Assembly (NCBI GenBank): GCA_963752595.1
Contig: CAVVYZ010000002.1
Location: forward strand, 96,001-160,000
Direction: 5' to 3'
From: an uncultured delta proteobacterium
GTDB taxonomy: Bacteria; Desulfobacterota; Desulfomonilia; UBA1062
Length of the DNA: 64,000 nucleotides
The notes under the pieces were generated by a model, which saw only the letters and a list, made by a program, of their open reading frames with translations, was not told where the DNA came from and did no database searches. Numbering within the stretch: position 1 is the first letter of the stretch; every line of letters starts with the position of its first letter. A program made the translations under genes and the position numbers. This document shows, piece by piece, positions 23,243 through 33,305 of the stretch.

Positions 23243-24424
23243 ATGAAGATGACAAATGTGATTAAAAAAATGATGATGGTTCTGGTTTTTGTGGGGATGG
23301 TAAGTGTTGCTCATGGTGCTACCGTGAGGATAAGCTGGAATGGAAACAGTGAGTCCGATCTAGCCGGATATAAGGTCTACTACGGTACGACAAGCGGCTC
23401 ATATTCCAAGATTATCAATGCCGGCCTTAATACAAGCGCGGATGTCCCGGCCCTTACCGCGGGTGTCACGTATTATTTTGCCGTTACAGCTATTGATACC
23501 TCGAACAATGAGAGCGGTTTCTCCCAGGAAGCCCATGCAACGATCCCGGAACAGCTGGGTGATCAGGGTAATGGACTCCCGGCCGATTCTGACCTGGACG
23601 GAATTCCGGATAGTATGGAAGAGCTCTGGGGGCTTAACCCGTCAAATCCGATGGATTCGCTGATGGATTCAGATGGAGACGGAGTGGTTAACCTCGTTGA
23701 ATTCATGGCCGGGACATCCGCCGTAAATGCTGCCGATTATCCAAACACTGATAACGTACTCAAGGATATCATCGGGGAAGTGGGAGAGGTGATCGATCTG
23801 GCCGAAGTGAATTCCGGCAACTATACCATCGTGCCTCTTACTAATGCATATCCGGCACCGGCGCAGAACACCATTACAATAAATAACCCGGGCGCTTACC
23901 TGTACAATGTTATCGATGGGCAGTCACTCCTCGTCTATCGTCTCAGAGTTTCCGTCACGGACGAGTTGTCGGTGATAGGAGCATTTGAGCCTGGTTCCTT
24001 CCTGGATATCGCTGATGATGTATTCGGTATCCGGGTTGAGCTCCCCGAAGACGCCATGATTCGCAATGTTCCCATCGGAATAGGAAGTACAACTGCAGCA
24101 GCAGCCTCGGCAGTGCAGTATAAGAATGGAACGTTCGAGTTCGATATTCTCCCTTATGGCCTTGTACTGGCGAAGCCGGCTGTTATTACGGTGAACTGCG
24201 ACGACGGGAAACCAACGGTGAAGCGCTATGACAGTGCAAATGATTCCTGGGTCGACGTGAGCAACGTTGCTGCATCAGATGGGAAGGTAAGCTTTTCTTC
24301 CGATCAACTCGGCACATTCAAGATTGTCACCAGTGAAGCGGCAGATAACCAAGTCCCTGTCACTGATGGAGGAGGATCAGGTGGCGGCGGCGGAGGTTGC
24401 TTCATCTCGACAGCCGGGTTCTGA
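23243..24424 (+). CDS. Secreted FN3 / Ca-binding-repeat protein with a Gly-rich CFI C-terminal tail
   Basis: Signal peptide ending VAHG-A; FN3 (SWNGNSESDLAGYKVYYG..TYYFAVTA.D..NES); DSDLDGIPD and DSDGDG repeats; ends GGGSGGGGGGCFISTAGF. The start lies between 23243 and 23270. Confidence 0.8.
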   Translation: MKMTNVIKKMMMVLVFVGMVSVAHGATVRISWNGNSESDLAGYKVYYGTTSGSYSKIINAGLNTSADVPALTAGVTYYFAVTAIDTSNNESGFSQEAHATIPEQLGDQGNGLPADSDLDGIPDSMEELWGLNPSNPMDSLMDSDGDGVVNLVEFMAGTSAVNAADYPNTDNVLKDIIGEVGEVIDLAEVNSGNYTIVPLTNAYPAPAQNTITINNPGAYLYNVIDGQSLLVYRLRVSVTDELSVIGAFEPGSFLDIADDVFGIRVELPEDAMIRNVPIGIGSTTAAAASAVQYKNGTFEFDILPYGLVLAKPAVITVNCDDGKPTVKRYDSANDSWVDVSNVAASDGKVSFSSDQLGTFKIVTSEAADNQVPVTDGGGSGGGGGGCFISTAGF

Positions 24425-24472
24425 TGCATAAAGAAATGAATTTGGAATATTATAAAATCATATAAGATTTTC

Positions 24473-24514
24473 AACAAGAAGCTCCCTGCAGCAGATGGCA
24501 GGGAGCTTCTTGTT
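24473..24514. terminator. Bidirectional terminator
   Basis: 17-bp perfect inverted repeat AACAAGAAGCTCCCTGC / GCAGGGAGCTTCTTGTT between convergent genes. Confidence 0.8.
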
Positions 24515-26399
24515 ATTGATGTTTCAGGACAGACTCGCTTTTTTCCGAAAATGGGATTTCCAGCTCGTATACCCCGTACTCCAGGTTGGTCTTAACCGGA
24601 TAACCGGTTTTCGTAAAAACCTTCATCATCGGCGTGTTCTGTGAGAGTACATCTGCAGTAAAACCCTTGATATCTTTTTCCCTGGCAATTCTTATGAGAT
24701 ACTGAAGGAGAAACGTTCCTATGCCCCTGTTCTGCCAGTCATGGTCCGTCGTGAAAGCAACCTCGGCAAAGTCGGTATTGGGGTCTCTCACGTAGCGGCC
24801 TACGGCAACGATCTTTTCCTTGCTTTCAGGTTCCTCCTTGCCCACAACGGCAGCAATCGCCATCTTGTCATGGTAATCTATGGCTGCCATGGGCATTGCT
24901 ACTTTATGGGTAAACGATTTGAGGCTCTGGAAGAACCTAGTATAGACATCCTGCACCGGGAGGGCATAGACGAGGTCTTGAATGGCTCTTTCATCAGTGG
25001 GTTTTACCGGCCGGAAGAAAATCTCCTGCCCTTTTTTATCCGTCCAATAAGTCTCGTACTCTTTTGGGTAAAAGATTGCCGGCAGAATCTGGTCTTTAAA
25101 TACATATTTTTGTCCTTTTGCCGCCGCCAGCAAATCTTCTCTGAAATTTGGATGGGCGATGTTGATGAGAGACATGGCTCTGTCCCTGATGGACTTCCCG
25201 TGTACGTAAGCCACGCCGTATTCCGTTACCACATAGTGTATATCGCCTCTGGTGACAGTGACCCCGCTGCCCGGCTCGAGGCATGGAACAATCCGTGAAC
25301 TCTTGCCATCATCTGTTGTTGAAGGTAATGTCATGATCGATTTGCCGCGGCGCGACATGGAAGAACCACGGACAAAATCCACCTGGCCTCCTATCCCGCT
25401 ATAAAAGCGGACGCCAAGCGAATCGGAACTCACCTGTCCGGTGAGATCCACGGATAAAGCAGCGTTAATGGAGACCATCTTATCGTTCTGGGCTATGATA
25501 TAGGGATCATTCACATATTTGCAGGGGTGGAATTCGAAGAACGGGTTGTTGTCAACATATTCATACAGGCGTTTTGTGCCCATGCAGAAAGCTGCAATTA
25601 TCTTTCCGGGGTGAAGAGTCTTCTTCTTGCAGGTTACCACGCCGGCTTCGATGAGATCAATGACGCCATCGGAAAAGGTCTCAGTATGGATTCCGAGATC
25701 TCTTTTATTCATGAGGCAGAGCAATGCTGTGCTCGGTATCCTGCCCACACCTGTCTGGATCGTGGATTCGTTTTCGATAAGTTCTGCAATATGCTCCCCT
25801 ATACTCCGGATAATGTCTCCGGGTATCTTCTGGTAGAATTCGAGCAGAGGCAGATCGTTTTCTACAAAGGCATCGATATCGCTCACGTGGAGGAAGCTGT
25901 CTCCAAGGGTTCTCGGCATGTTGGGATTCACCTCGGCAACGACGTAATCAGCCACCTCGGCAGCGGTCTTGGTGATATCGACTGAGATGCCGAGGCTTAC
26001 GTAGCCGTTTTTGTCAGGAAGTGAAACTGTAATGAGGGCTGCATCAAGATGCATCCTTCCCCTGAGCATGAGCAGCGGGATTTCCGAGAGAAAGATGGGA
26101 GTGTAGTCGGCCCTCCCTTCCTGGATGGCAGCCCTCGTACTCGATCCGATGAACAGGGCATTATGCCGGAAGCTATCAATGAATTTTTCATCGATATACG
26201 GTGCGGATCCGATGTCCAGGAGGTGGATAACTTCTGCATCCGCCATGTTCGGAGCAATATCGATGAGTGTGCGTACGAGAAGCTGAGGCTCTCCGCAGGC
26301 TGAACCGAGAAAAATACGAGAGCCTTTTCTGATCTTTGATAAAGCTTCTCTCGGAGTTGAGTGCCTGCTTTCATAGAGTTCTTTCCAGTTGTAGATCAT
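24513..26399 (-). CDS. Acetyl-CoA hydrolase/transferase with a C-terminal GNAT domain
   Basis: ACGEPQ, ADYTPIFLSEIP, QTGVG, GIHTE, SGIGGQVDF and VVTEYG; GNAT AEVAF..WQNRGIG. Probable start MIYNW at 26399. Confidence 0.88.
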   Translation of the reverse strand: MIYNWKELYESRHSTPREALSKIRKGSRIFLGSACGEPQLLVRTLIDIAPNMADAEVIHLLDIGSAPYIDEKFIDSFRHNALFIGSSTRAAIQEGRADYTPIFLSEIPLLMLRGRMHLDAALITVSLPDKNGYVSLGISVDITKTAAEVADYVVAEVNPNMPRTLGDSFLHVSDIDAFVENDLPLLEFYQKIPGDIIRSIGEHIAELIENESTIQTGVGRIPSTALLCLMNKRDLGIHTETFSDGVIDLIEAGVVTCKKKTLHPGKIIAAFCMGTKRLYEYVDNNPFFEFHPCKYVNDPYIIAQNDKMVSINAALSVDLTGQVSSDSLGVRFYSGIGGQVDFVRGSSMSRRGKSIMTLPSTTDDGKSSRIVPCLEPGSGVTVTRGDIHYVVTEYGVAYVHGKSIRDRAMSLINIAHPNFREDLLAAAKGQKYVFKDQILPAIFYPKEYETYWTDKKGQEIFFRPVKPTDERAIQDLVYALPVQDVYTRFFQSLKSFTHKVAMPMAAIDYHDKMAIAAVVGKEEPESKEKIVAVGRYVRDPNTDFAEVAFTTDHDWQNRGIGTFLLQYLIRIAREKDIKGFTADVLSQNTPMMKVFTKTGYPVKTNLEYGVYELEIPFSEKSESVLKHQ

Positions 26400-26646
26400 A
26401 CTGTGAAAAAGAATAGGGCTTTTACAGAGGATATCAATCATATCTGCCTTGAATCCCTCTATATGACGGGTTGGAGTAATATGAGCATGAAGTGATTGGG
26501 TTGCAATATTATCCCAGGTATGTCTATAAGATCCTTCACAAGTCTCCGTCTCTTCCGGGTACCAAAACCGGGTAAGGGGAGATACGTTGTGACGGTAGGC
26601 TGGTATATACACCGCTTACATCAGGCAGCCTGCGAAGCGTCAAGAT

Positions 26647-27465
26647 ATGGTTTGGATGTTTGATGAGAAGGTAAAAAAGAGCGTCGTGACAGAAATATCT
26701 GCATGCATGATTACATTCAATAATTCGAGGACTGTGGAAAAGGCGCTTCAAAGCGTCTCCTCCTGGGTCTCGGAGCTGATCGTAGTGGATTCTTTCAGTA
26801 CGGATGGGACCTTTGAGATCGCCAGGAGATATGCCACCCTGTGCGAACAGCGGCAATGGCCCGGCTTCAGGGATCAGTATAACTACTGCATCTCCAAGGC
26901 AAAGAACGACTGGGTGCTCTTTCTGGATGCGGATGAAGAAGTATCTCCGGAATTGGCCGAAGAGATCCGGCAGAGGTTCGAGCAGGATGCATGCGCTTAT
27001 GACGGCTATATAGCTCATCGGAGGAATTTCTATCTCGGCAGATGGATCCTGCACGGCGGCTGGGTGCCTGATTACGAGATCAGAATTTTCAGGAAATCGA
27101 AAGGTGCTTTTGAAGGCGCCCTGCACGCGAATGTAAAGATGAAGGGTAAAACAGGAGAACTCAAAAACTATTATTATCACTACAATTACCGTGACATTGC
27201 CGATCAGATCGATACCATCAACCGCTATTCCAAGACCGCTGCGGAAGATATGATGCGGGAAGGCAAACGGTTTTCGTACATTGATCTTTTATTGCGGCCC
27301 CCCATTCGGTTCATCAAGGAGTATATTTTCAAGAGGGGGCTTTTGGATGGCACAGCAGGGCTCGTGATTGCCGTTTCCACCATGTACTATGTGTTTGCCA
27401 AATATGCAAAGCTATGGGAGTTGGAAAGGGGTAGAGGAAAAGGGAATGGAAGAGATCTTTCATAA
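26647..27465 (+). CDS. Glycosyltransferase family 2 (WaaE/KdtX-like LPS beta-glucosyltransferase)
   Basis: VVDSFSTDGT, WVLFLDADE, GWVPD and GLLDG.AG...KYAKL. Confidence 0.85.
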   Translation: MVWMFDEKVKKSVVTEISACMITFNNSRTVEKALQSVSSWVSELIVVDSFSTDGTFEIARRYATLCEQRQWPGFRDQYNYCISKAKNDWVLFLDADEEVSPELAEEIRQRFEQDACAYDGYIAHRRNFYLGRWILHGGWVPDYEIRIFRKSKGAFEGALHANVKMKGKTGELKNYYYHYNYRDIADQIDTINRYSKTAAEDMMREGKRFSYIDLLLRPPIRFIKEYIFKRGLLDGTAGLVIAVSTMYYVFAKYAKLWELERGRGKGNGRDLS

Positions 27466-28483
27466 ATATTACCAGGGAAAGAATGTCCTGATAACCGGGG
27501 GGCTAGGTTTTCTTGGGTCCAACCTCGCGATCGAGCTCGTAAACCTCGGGGCTTCGGTCTCCATTGTGGATAACATGCTCCCGAGGCAGGGCGGAAACCT
27601 TTTCAACATAGAGCCGGTCAAGGATAAGGTCAGGGTTAATTTCTCGGATGTGCGAAACCAGCTGTCCATGAACCATCTTGTCAAGGGTCAGGATGTGATT
27701 TTCCATCTGGCAGGCCAGGTAAATCACGTAGACTCCATGAAAAACCCTGTGCTGGACCTCGAGATCAACTGTCATGGGACTTTGACACTCATGCAGTCCC
27801 TGAAAAATCATAACAGGAAGGCTATTGTCATCTATTCAGGCACCAGGGGAGAGTACGGTTCGAGCGTGAAGTTGCCCGTGAACGAAGACCATCCTACCAA
27901 CCCCAAGGGGCTTTATGCAGTCACGAACCTTGCTGCGGAGAAGATAATCCTCGTTTACCATGAGATTTATAAAATACCTGCTGTCTGCATGAGGATCACG
28001 AACACCTACGGCCCAAGGCATCAGATGATGCATGATGAATACGGCGTCTTCAACTGGTTTATTAAAAAGGCCATGGATGACGAAGCCCTGCCTGTTTTCG
28101 GGGACGGTACCATTATCCGGGATTTTCTCTACGTAGATGATCTCGTGGAGTGCATGCTCGCCGGAGCAATTTCGGATAAGGCATACGGCGAGGTGTTCAA
28201 CATAGGCTCAGGCATCCCTGTGACATTCCGGGAGATCGCCGAGAAGATCGTGAAGACCATCGGGAAGGGAAGCTACAAATTTACCGATTTTACGAAAGAG
28301 CGGGCAGAGGTAGAGCCCGGGGATTACTGGGCCGATATCACGAAGATAAAAAAGGCGATACGCTGGCAGCCGAAAATTTCTCTGGAAGAAGGTATTTCCA
28401 GGACGTATGAGTTCTATTCGCGCTACCGCCGGCATTACTGGATAGAGGACCAGATTCCCGCAAATGAAGATCCCATTCTCTGA
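27446..28483 (+). CDS. NAD-dependent epimerase/dehydratase
   Basis: LITGGLGFLG, HLAGQ, NTYGP and RDFLYVDD. The SDR YxxxK appears as YAVTN. Start MEEIF at 27446. Confidence 0.85.
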   Translation: MEEIFHKYYQGKNVLITGGLGFLGSNLAIELVNLGASVSIVDNMLPRQGGNLFNIEPVKDKVRVNFSDVRNQLSMNHLVKGQDVIFHLAGQVNHVDSMKNPVLDLEINCHGTLTLMQSLKNHNRKAIVIYSGTRGEYGSSVKLPVNEDHPTNPKGLYAVTNLAAEKIILVYHEIYKIPAVCMRITNTYGPRHQMMHDEYGVFNWFIKKAMDDEALPVFGDGTIIRDFLYVDDLVECMLAGAISDKAYGEVFNIGSGIPVTFREIAEKIVKTIGKGSYKFTDFTKERAEVEPGDYWADITKIKKAIRWQPKISLEEGISRTYEFYSRYRRHYWIEDQIPANEDPIL

Positions 28484-29561
28484 TTTCTCCAGGGAGACCG
28501 ACGAGATAGGAAGTAAGATCCGCTCAGCCTTGGATCGAGTTATCTCTTCGAATACCTTCGTCCTTGGGAACGAGGTAAAGCTCTTTGAAAAGGAGTTCGC
28601 GGAATTCTGCTCGTGCACCTACGGAGTCGGGCTGGCAACAGGCACTGATGCGCTCTTCCTTGCATTGAAGGCAATGGGGATAGGGCCTGGTGATGAAGTG
28701 ATCACGGTGTCCCATACCTTTGCCGCAACAGCCTTAGCTATTATTTATACCGGTGCCGCACCGGTTTTTATAGACATAGAAGAATCGTCATACCTCATGG
28801 ATCCCTCGCTCATCGAGGAGGCTGTCACCGATAAGACCAAGGCGGTGATCCCGGTGCATCTCTACGGCATGTGTGCCGACATGGATAAGATCAGGGAGAT
28901 CGCATCGAAATATAACCTCTTTGTTCTGGAAGACGCCTGTCAGGCACACGGAGCTCTGTACAAAGGAAGCCGTGCAGGATCATTGGGCGACGCTGCCGCA
29001 TTCAGCTTCTATCCCACCAAAAACCTAGGTGCCTACGGAGATGGCGGAATGGTCACGACAAGAGACTCGCAGCTCTACGAAAAACTTCTCCTGCTGAGGA
29101 ATTACGGGCAGAAGGACCGATATCATCATTTGATGGTGGGTTATAATTCGAGGCTGGATGAGATTCAGGCCGCTTTCTTGAGGGAGAAGCTAAGGCGCCT
29201 TGATGCATGGGTTGAGAGAAGGCAGGAAACGGCCCATGCTTACGATGCCGTCTTGGGCAGCATCAACCTGATTAAGAATTCACTTGCTCCTGGGAGCACC
29301 CATGCTTATCACCTCTATGTAATCTCGGTCAAAAATCGTGACGGTCTGCGTGACCACTTGAGCAGCAAGGGAATCCAGACTCTTATCCATTACCCGGTGC
29401 CTATTCACATGCAGCCCGCCTTCAGCCATGCCCATAGCCAAGGCGCTCTGAGCAATACGGAGAGGCGTTCCGGGCAGATCCTGAGTCTGCCGATGCATCC
29501 CTGGATCCGGGAGGATGAAATATCCTTTATCACTGAGAGCATCCGGGAGTATTACCGGTGA
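28464..29561 (+). CDS. DegT/DnrJ/EryC1/StrS sugar aminotransferase
   Basis: GTDAL, PVHLYG, EDACQAHG, SFYPTKNLG and NSRLDEIQAA. Confidence 0.92.
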   Translation: MKIPFSDFSRETDEIGSKIRSALDRVISSNTFVLGNEVKLFEKEFAEFCSCTYGVGLATGTDALFLALKAMGIGPGDEVITVSHTFAATALAIIYTGAAPVFIDIEESSYLMDPSLIEEAVTDKTKAVIPVHLYGMCADMDKIREIASKYNLFVLEDACQAHGALYKGSRAGSLGDAAAFSFYPTKNLGAYGDGGMVTTRDSQLYEKLLLLRNYGQKDRYHHLMVGYNSRLDEIQAAFLREKLRRLDAWVERRQETAHAYDAVLGSINLIKNSLAPGSTHAYHLYVISVKNRDGLRDHLSSKGIQTLIHYPVPIHMQPAFSHAHSQGALSNTERRSGQILSLPMHPWIREDEISFITESIREYYR

Positions 29562-30667
29562 AAGTCAGCATCGCAATCGAGAAGTATGACCCATCCGTAG
29601 GGGGTGCAGAGCGTTATTGCTGGGATTTTGCCAATCACCTTGCATCCAGGGGACATGAAGTTGCAATTATCTGCATGAAGGCAGCAGGGTCTCCCCATAA
29701 CTCGATCCGTATAATAAGGCTTCCGGTAGTCAGATTCCCCCAGTGCTTAAGGCACTTGAGCTTTGCAGTTCTCCATTATTTCCGGATAAGGAAGATGCAA
29801 GGCTTTATTCATTTCTGTGTGGGGAACACCTTTTCCATGGACATCTATCAGCCCCACGGTGGGGTGCACCGGGCATGGTTCCTCAAGGAAACCGTCAGGT
29901 ATGAGCTGCCGACCCGGCGCCTCGTCCGTCTACTGATGCGTATGTCTCTCAAGGACATGGTCCAGAGAACACTGGAATGGTGGACTTTCCGGGTAACCAG
30001 GCCTCAGGTGATTGCGATCTCGGAGATGGTAGCACAAGATATGAGAGAATTCTTTCACTATCCGCAGGATAAGATACATCTTATTCCAAACGGGGTGGAC
30101 GTCGAGAAGTACCGGCCCGAGCATAGAGTGCACCGGGAAACCATTCGTCAGAGATACGGCATCGACAAAGATGATTTCGTATTTCTGTTCGTTGCCCAGA
30201 ATCCCAGGCTCAAAGGGTACGACGTATTGATAAACGCCTGCCTTGAGCTTGCGCAATGGCCCTTTAAGGCCCTCATCATAGGGCATACAGATGCATGGAT
30301 GAAAGAAACGGCTAAACCCTTGGGCAACAAAATAATCTTCGGGGGCAGGGCAAATGATCTCCAAAGAGTATACCCTGCATGTGATTGTCTCGTTCATCCT
30401 ACCTACTATGACGCCTGCTCGTTGGTGGTTCTGGAGTCTCTTTCATCCGGTGTTCCCGTTATCACCACCAGTGTAAACGGTGCGAGTATGTATATAAATG
30501 AATCAAACGGGTTGGTTATTGATCCTGGAAACGTAGCAGATTTGTCCAGGGCTATGAAGGATATGATGACAAACAGTCGAGGCAGTGTGGGCGCCGGATC
30601 CTTCTTAAAAGACCATCGCACGGTTTTCTCGAACGTGGAAGAGATTTTGAAAAGCCATGAGCAATAA
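29558..30667 (+). CDS. Glycosyltransferase family 4 (WaaG-like)
   Basis: GGAERY, IPNGVD, LKG and PTYYDACSLVVLES..G.PVIT. Confidence 0.85.
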   Translation: MKVSIAIEKYDPSVGGAERYCWDFANHLASRGHEVAIICMKAAGSPHNSIRIIRLPVVRFPQCLRHLSFAVLHYFRIRKMQGFIHFCVGNTFSMDIYQPHGGVHRAWFLKETVRYELPTRRLVRLLMRMSLKDMVQRTLEWWTFRVTRPQVIAISEMVAQDMREFFHYPQDKIHLIPNGVDVEKYRPEHRVHRETIRQRYGIDKDDFVFLFVAQNPRLKGYDVLINACLELAQWPFKALIIGHTDAWMKETAKPLGNKIIFGGRANDLQRVYPACDCLVHPTYYDACSLVVLESLSSGVPVITTSVNGASMYINESNGLVIDPGNVADLSRAMKDMMTNSRGSVGAGSFLKDHRTVFSNVEEILKSHEQ

Positions 30668-31661
30668 GGTACTGATACTCATACAAGGGAAAGAGGTGGC
30701 TGCAAGCAGGTACCGGATACTACAGTATATCCCGTACCTTGAGGAACACCGTATTGTCTGCACAGTCCGGGAATTTCCTGATTCCCTGAAGGATTATCTC
30801 TTTTTGATCTCTGATCTTCATCGTTATGATTGTGTATTTATCCAGAGGAAGAGATTTCATTATCCCCTCCTTCCCATATTCCGTCTCAAGGCAAATAAGA
30901 TAATTTATGACCTTGATGATGCGGTCATGTACAAGAACACCCTTGCAAAATCTCCGTATTCCCGCACTCGCGAGAAACGCTTCAAGAATATGGTTCAAAA
31001 CAGCGACGTGGTAATTGCAGGCAATTCCTTCCTGAAGGATAAATCCTCGCAGTATAATACCCGGGTAATCACCATCCCGACCTCGATCCCTGCCGCAAAA
31101 TATTGCCTCAAGGACTATTCGATCAAGAAGGATCTTGTCACTATCGGCTGGATCGGGGATCACGGAAGCATCCACTATCTTGAAAGGATGAAAGGTGTAT
31201 GGAATGAGATAGGGAAGAGATTCCCAGGCAAGGTAGAACTCAAGATCATTTGCGATGTATTCTTTGATTGCGAGAGCATCCCAGTAAGAAAGGTTACGTG
31301 GTCTTCATCTACCGAGGTTACGGAACTGATGGACATGGATATCGGCGTGATGCCGCTCATTGATGATCCCTGGTCCTGGGGGAAGTGCGGACTCAAAATA
31401 CTTCAGTATTTCGGTGTCGGCGTGCCTGCTGTCTGCACACCTGTAGGAGTGAACCGGGATGTGGTCGAGCATGGTCATAGCGGGTATTGGGCAAAGACGG
31501 AAGAAGAATGGGTTAACGCACTTTCCATGCTCATTACGAATGAAGAGAATAGGGTGACGATGGGTTTGCATGGGAGAACTATTCTGGAAAGGATGTATAC
31601 TCAGGAGGTGAATGCTCCGCGGATTCTTTCCGTAATCCTTGGGACGGGGGATTATAAGTAA
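30657..31661 (+). CDS. Glycosyltransferase family 4
   Basis: SRYR.LQY, YDLDDA, IGWIG, DIGVMPL and GKCGLK.LQY. Confidence 0.85.
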   Translation: MSNKVLILIQGKEVAASRYRILQYIPYLEEHRIVCTVREFPDSLKDYLFLISDLHRYDCVFIQRKRFHYPLLPIFRLKANKIIYDLDDAVMYKNTLAKSPYSRTREKRFKNMVQNSDVVIAGNSFLKDKSSQYNTRVITIPTSIPAAKYCLKDYSIKKDLVTIGWIGDHGSIHYLERMKGVWNEIGKRFPGKVELKIICDVFFDCESIPVRKVTWSSSTEVTELMDMDIGVMPLIDDPWSWGKCGLKILQYFGVGVPAVCTPVGVNRDVVEHGHSGYWAKTEEEWVNALSMLITNEENRVTMGLHGRTILERMYTQEVNAPRILSVILGTGDYK

Positions 31662-31663
31662 AT

Positions 31664-32569
31664 ATGTCAGACGCCGGTCTGGTAAGTATCATTATTCCTC
31701 TTTATAACGGAGAGGCATATATTCGTGAAACTATCCGATCGGCTTTAACCCAGAGTTATGAAAACACAGAAATTATTGTTGTGGATGACGGATCAACCGA
31801 TTCCGGGCCTCTTATAGCTAGCCGGTATCCCATACAGATTATTTCTCAAAAGAACAGAGGAATTTCAGGGGCGAGAAATACCGGGATCCGTGCGTCTCGG
31901 GGAGAATTCATAGCCCTACTTGACCAGGATGATATATTTAAACCGGATAAAATTGAAAAACAGGTACGCTTCTTGAGAGAAAATCCGGGATGCCTCATGG
32001 TTTTCACCCCTGAAGAGAGATTCGGGGCTCATGAACCGAAGCGCCGCACCACCCAGAGGCACAAGTCAAGGAAAACTCAGGGAGATATTTTTTTAGACTT
32101 ATATAAAAGCAATTACATCACCCCTGGGTCGACACTGATTCAACGTGAAGCCTTTGATAAGGCTGGATTATTTGATGAAGACCTTCCTGTGGGAGAAGAA
32201 CATGACCTTTTCATCCGACTTTCATATTATGGCATGGTCGGTTTTATTGAAGAAGCACTCCTGGAATACCGTTGGCATGGAGATAATACGAGTAATAGGT
32301 GGTCTTCAAAATATCCTTTTGTTGAGATAAACCTCTACAGGAAATATCTCCCCTGGCTCATGGAGAGAACCCATTTATGGTGGTGGATATATAATAAGCA
32401 ATGCGCTAAGGCCTTGAGAGATATGGGAATAATTACATTAAAGGAGAATAAGGCTGCCGAAGCACAAGGATTTTTGTTTGCGTCTTTTATCCGGATGCCT
32501 TGGAGATATAAAATCATAAGATATCTCGTTGAGGCATTTATACGTACTCCCGGTTATGGTGAAAAGTGA
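31664..32569 (+). CDS. Glycosyltransferase family 2
   Basis: SIIIPLYN, VVDDGSTD, ARN.G and LDQDD. Confidence 0.88.
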   Translation: MSDAGLVSIIIPLYNGEAYIRETIRSALTQSYENTEIIVVDDGSTDSGPLIASRYPIQIISQKNRGISGARNTGIRASRGEFIALLDQDDIFKPDKIEKQVRFLRENPGCLMVFTPEERFGAHEPKRRTTQRHKSRKTQGDIFLDLYKSNYITPGSTLIQREAFDKAGLFDEDLPVGEEHDLFIRLSYYGMVGFIEEALLEYRWHGDNTSNRWSSKYPFVEINLYRKYLPWLMERTHLWWWIYNKQCAKALRDMGIITLKENKAAEAQGFLFASFIRMPWRYKIIRYLVEAFIRTPGYGEK

Positions 32570-32572
32570 ATA

Positions 32573-33247
32573 ATGCGTATGAATTCAGAAAAATTAAATG
32601 AGAATGACTATTATAAAAGCTGCCGTGATGAAATGCTAGCCCATGTCCCCCTGGATAGAAAGAGGGTTTTAGACATCGGCTGCGGGGCCGGCTCCTTCGG
32701 CAAGATTGTGAAAGACCGTAACATGTGTGAAGTGTGGGGTATTGAAATGAATACTCAGCAAGCACAAAACGCTTCAAAGGTCCTGGATAAGGTGGTTATT
32801 GGGGATGCTGTGATCAAGATTTCTGAAATCCCATACACATTTTTCGATTGCATTGTCTGTAATGATATTCTGGAACATTTAGTCAATCCCTTTGCTTTCT
32901 TATCTGAATTACGGAAATATCTCACCCCTGGCGGGGTATTGGTAGCTTCGATACCGAATGTCCGGTATTATAGAGTTCTCAAAGATCTCATTATACGTGG
33001 TGATTGGAGATATAAGGATTCGGGAGTGCTGGATATCGATCACTTGAGATTTTTTACAAAAAAAAGCATCGAAAGAATGTTCAGAAATACCGGATGGACA
33101 ATAAAGACAATCGAAGGAATCAACCCGACATCATCAAAGACCTACAGAATATTGAATGCTTTGTTATTGGGGATCATACAGGATATTCAATATCGCCAGT
33201 TTGCTCTTCAAGCAGAAATTACAGAAAATGTTCCTGTCTGCGAATAA
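32573..33247 (+). CDS. Class I SAM-dependent methyltransferase (glycan-associated)
   Basis: VLDIGCGAG, DILEHL, SIPN and G.LD.DHLRFFT. Confidence 0.85.
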   Translation: MRMNSEKLNENDYYKSCRDEMLAHVPLDRKRVLDIGCGAGSFGKIVKDRNMCEVWGIEMNTQQAQNASKVLDKVVIGDAVIKISEIPYTFFDCIVCNDILEHLVNPFAFLSELRKYLTPGGVLVASIPNVRYYRVLKDLIIRGDWRYKDSGVLDIDHLRFFTKKSIERMFRNTGWTIKTIEGINPTSSKTYRILNALLLGIIQDIQYRQFALQAEITENVPVCE

Positions 33248-33305
33248 AAGCTCTCGCCGCATAGATCGAATCACTATCAGACTTCGGGCAAGGAAGAGAT
33301 GACGA

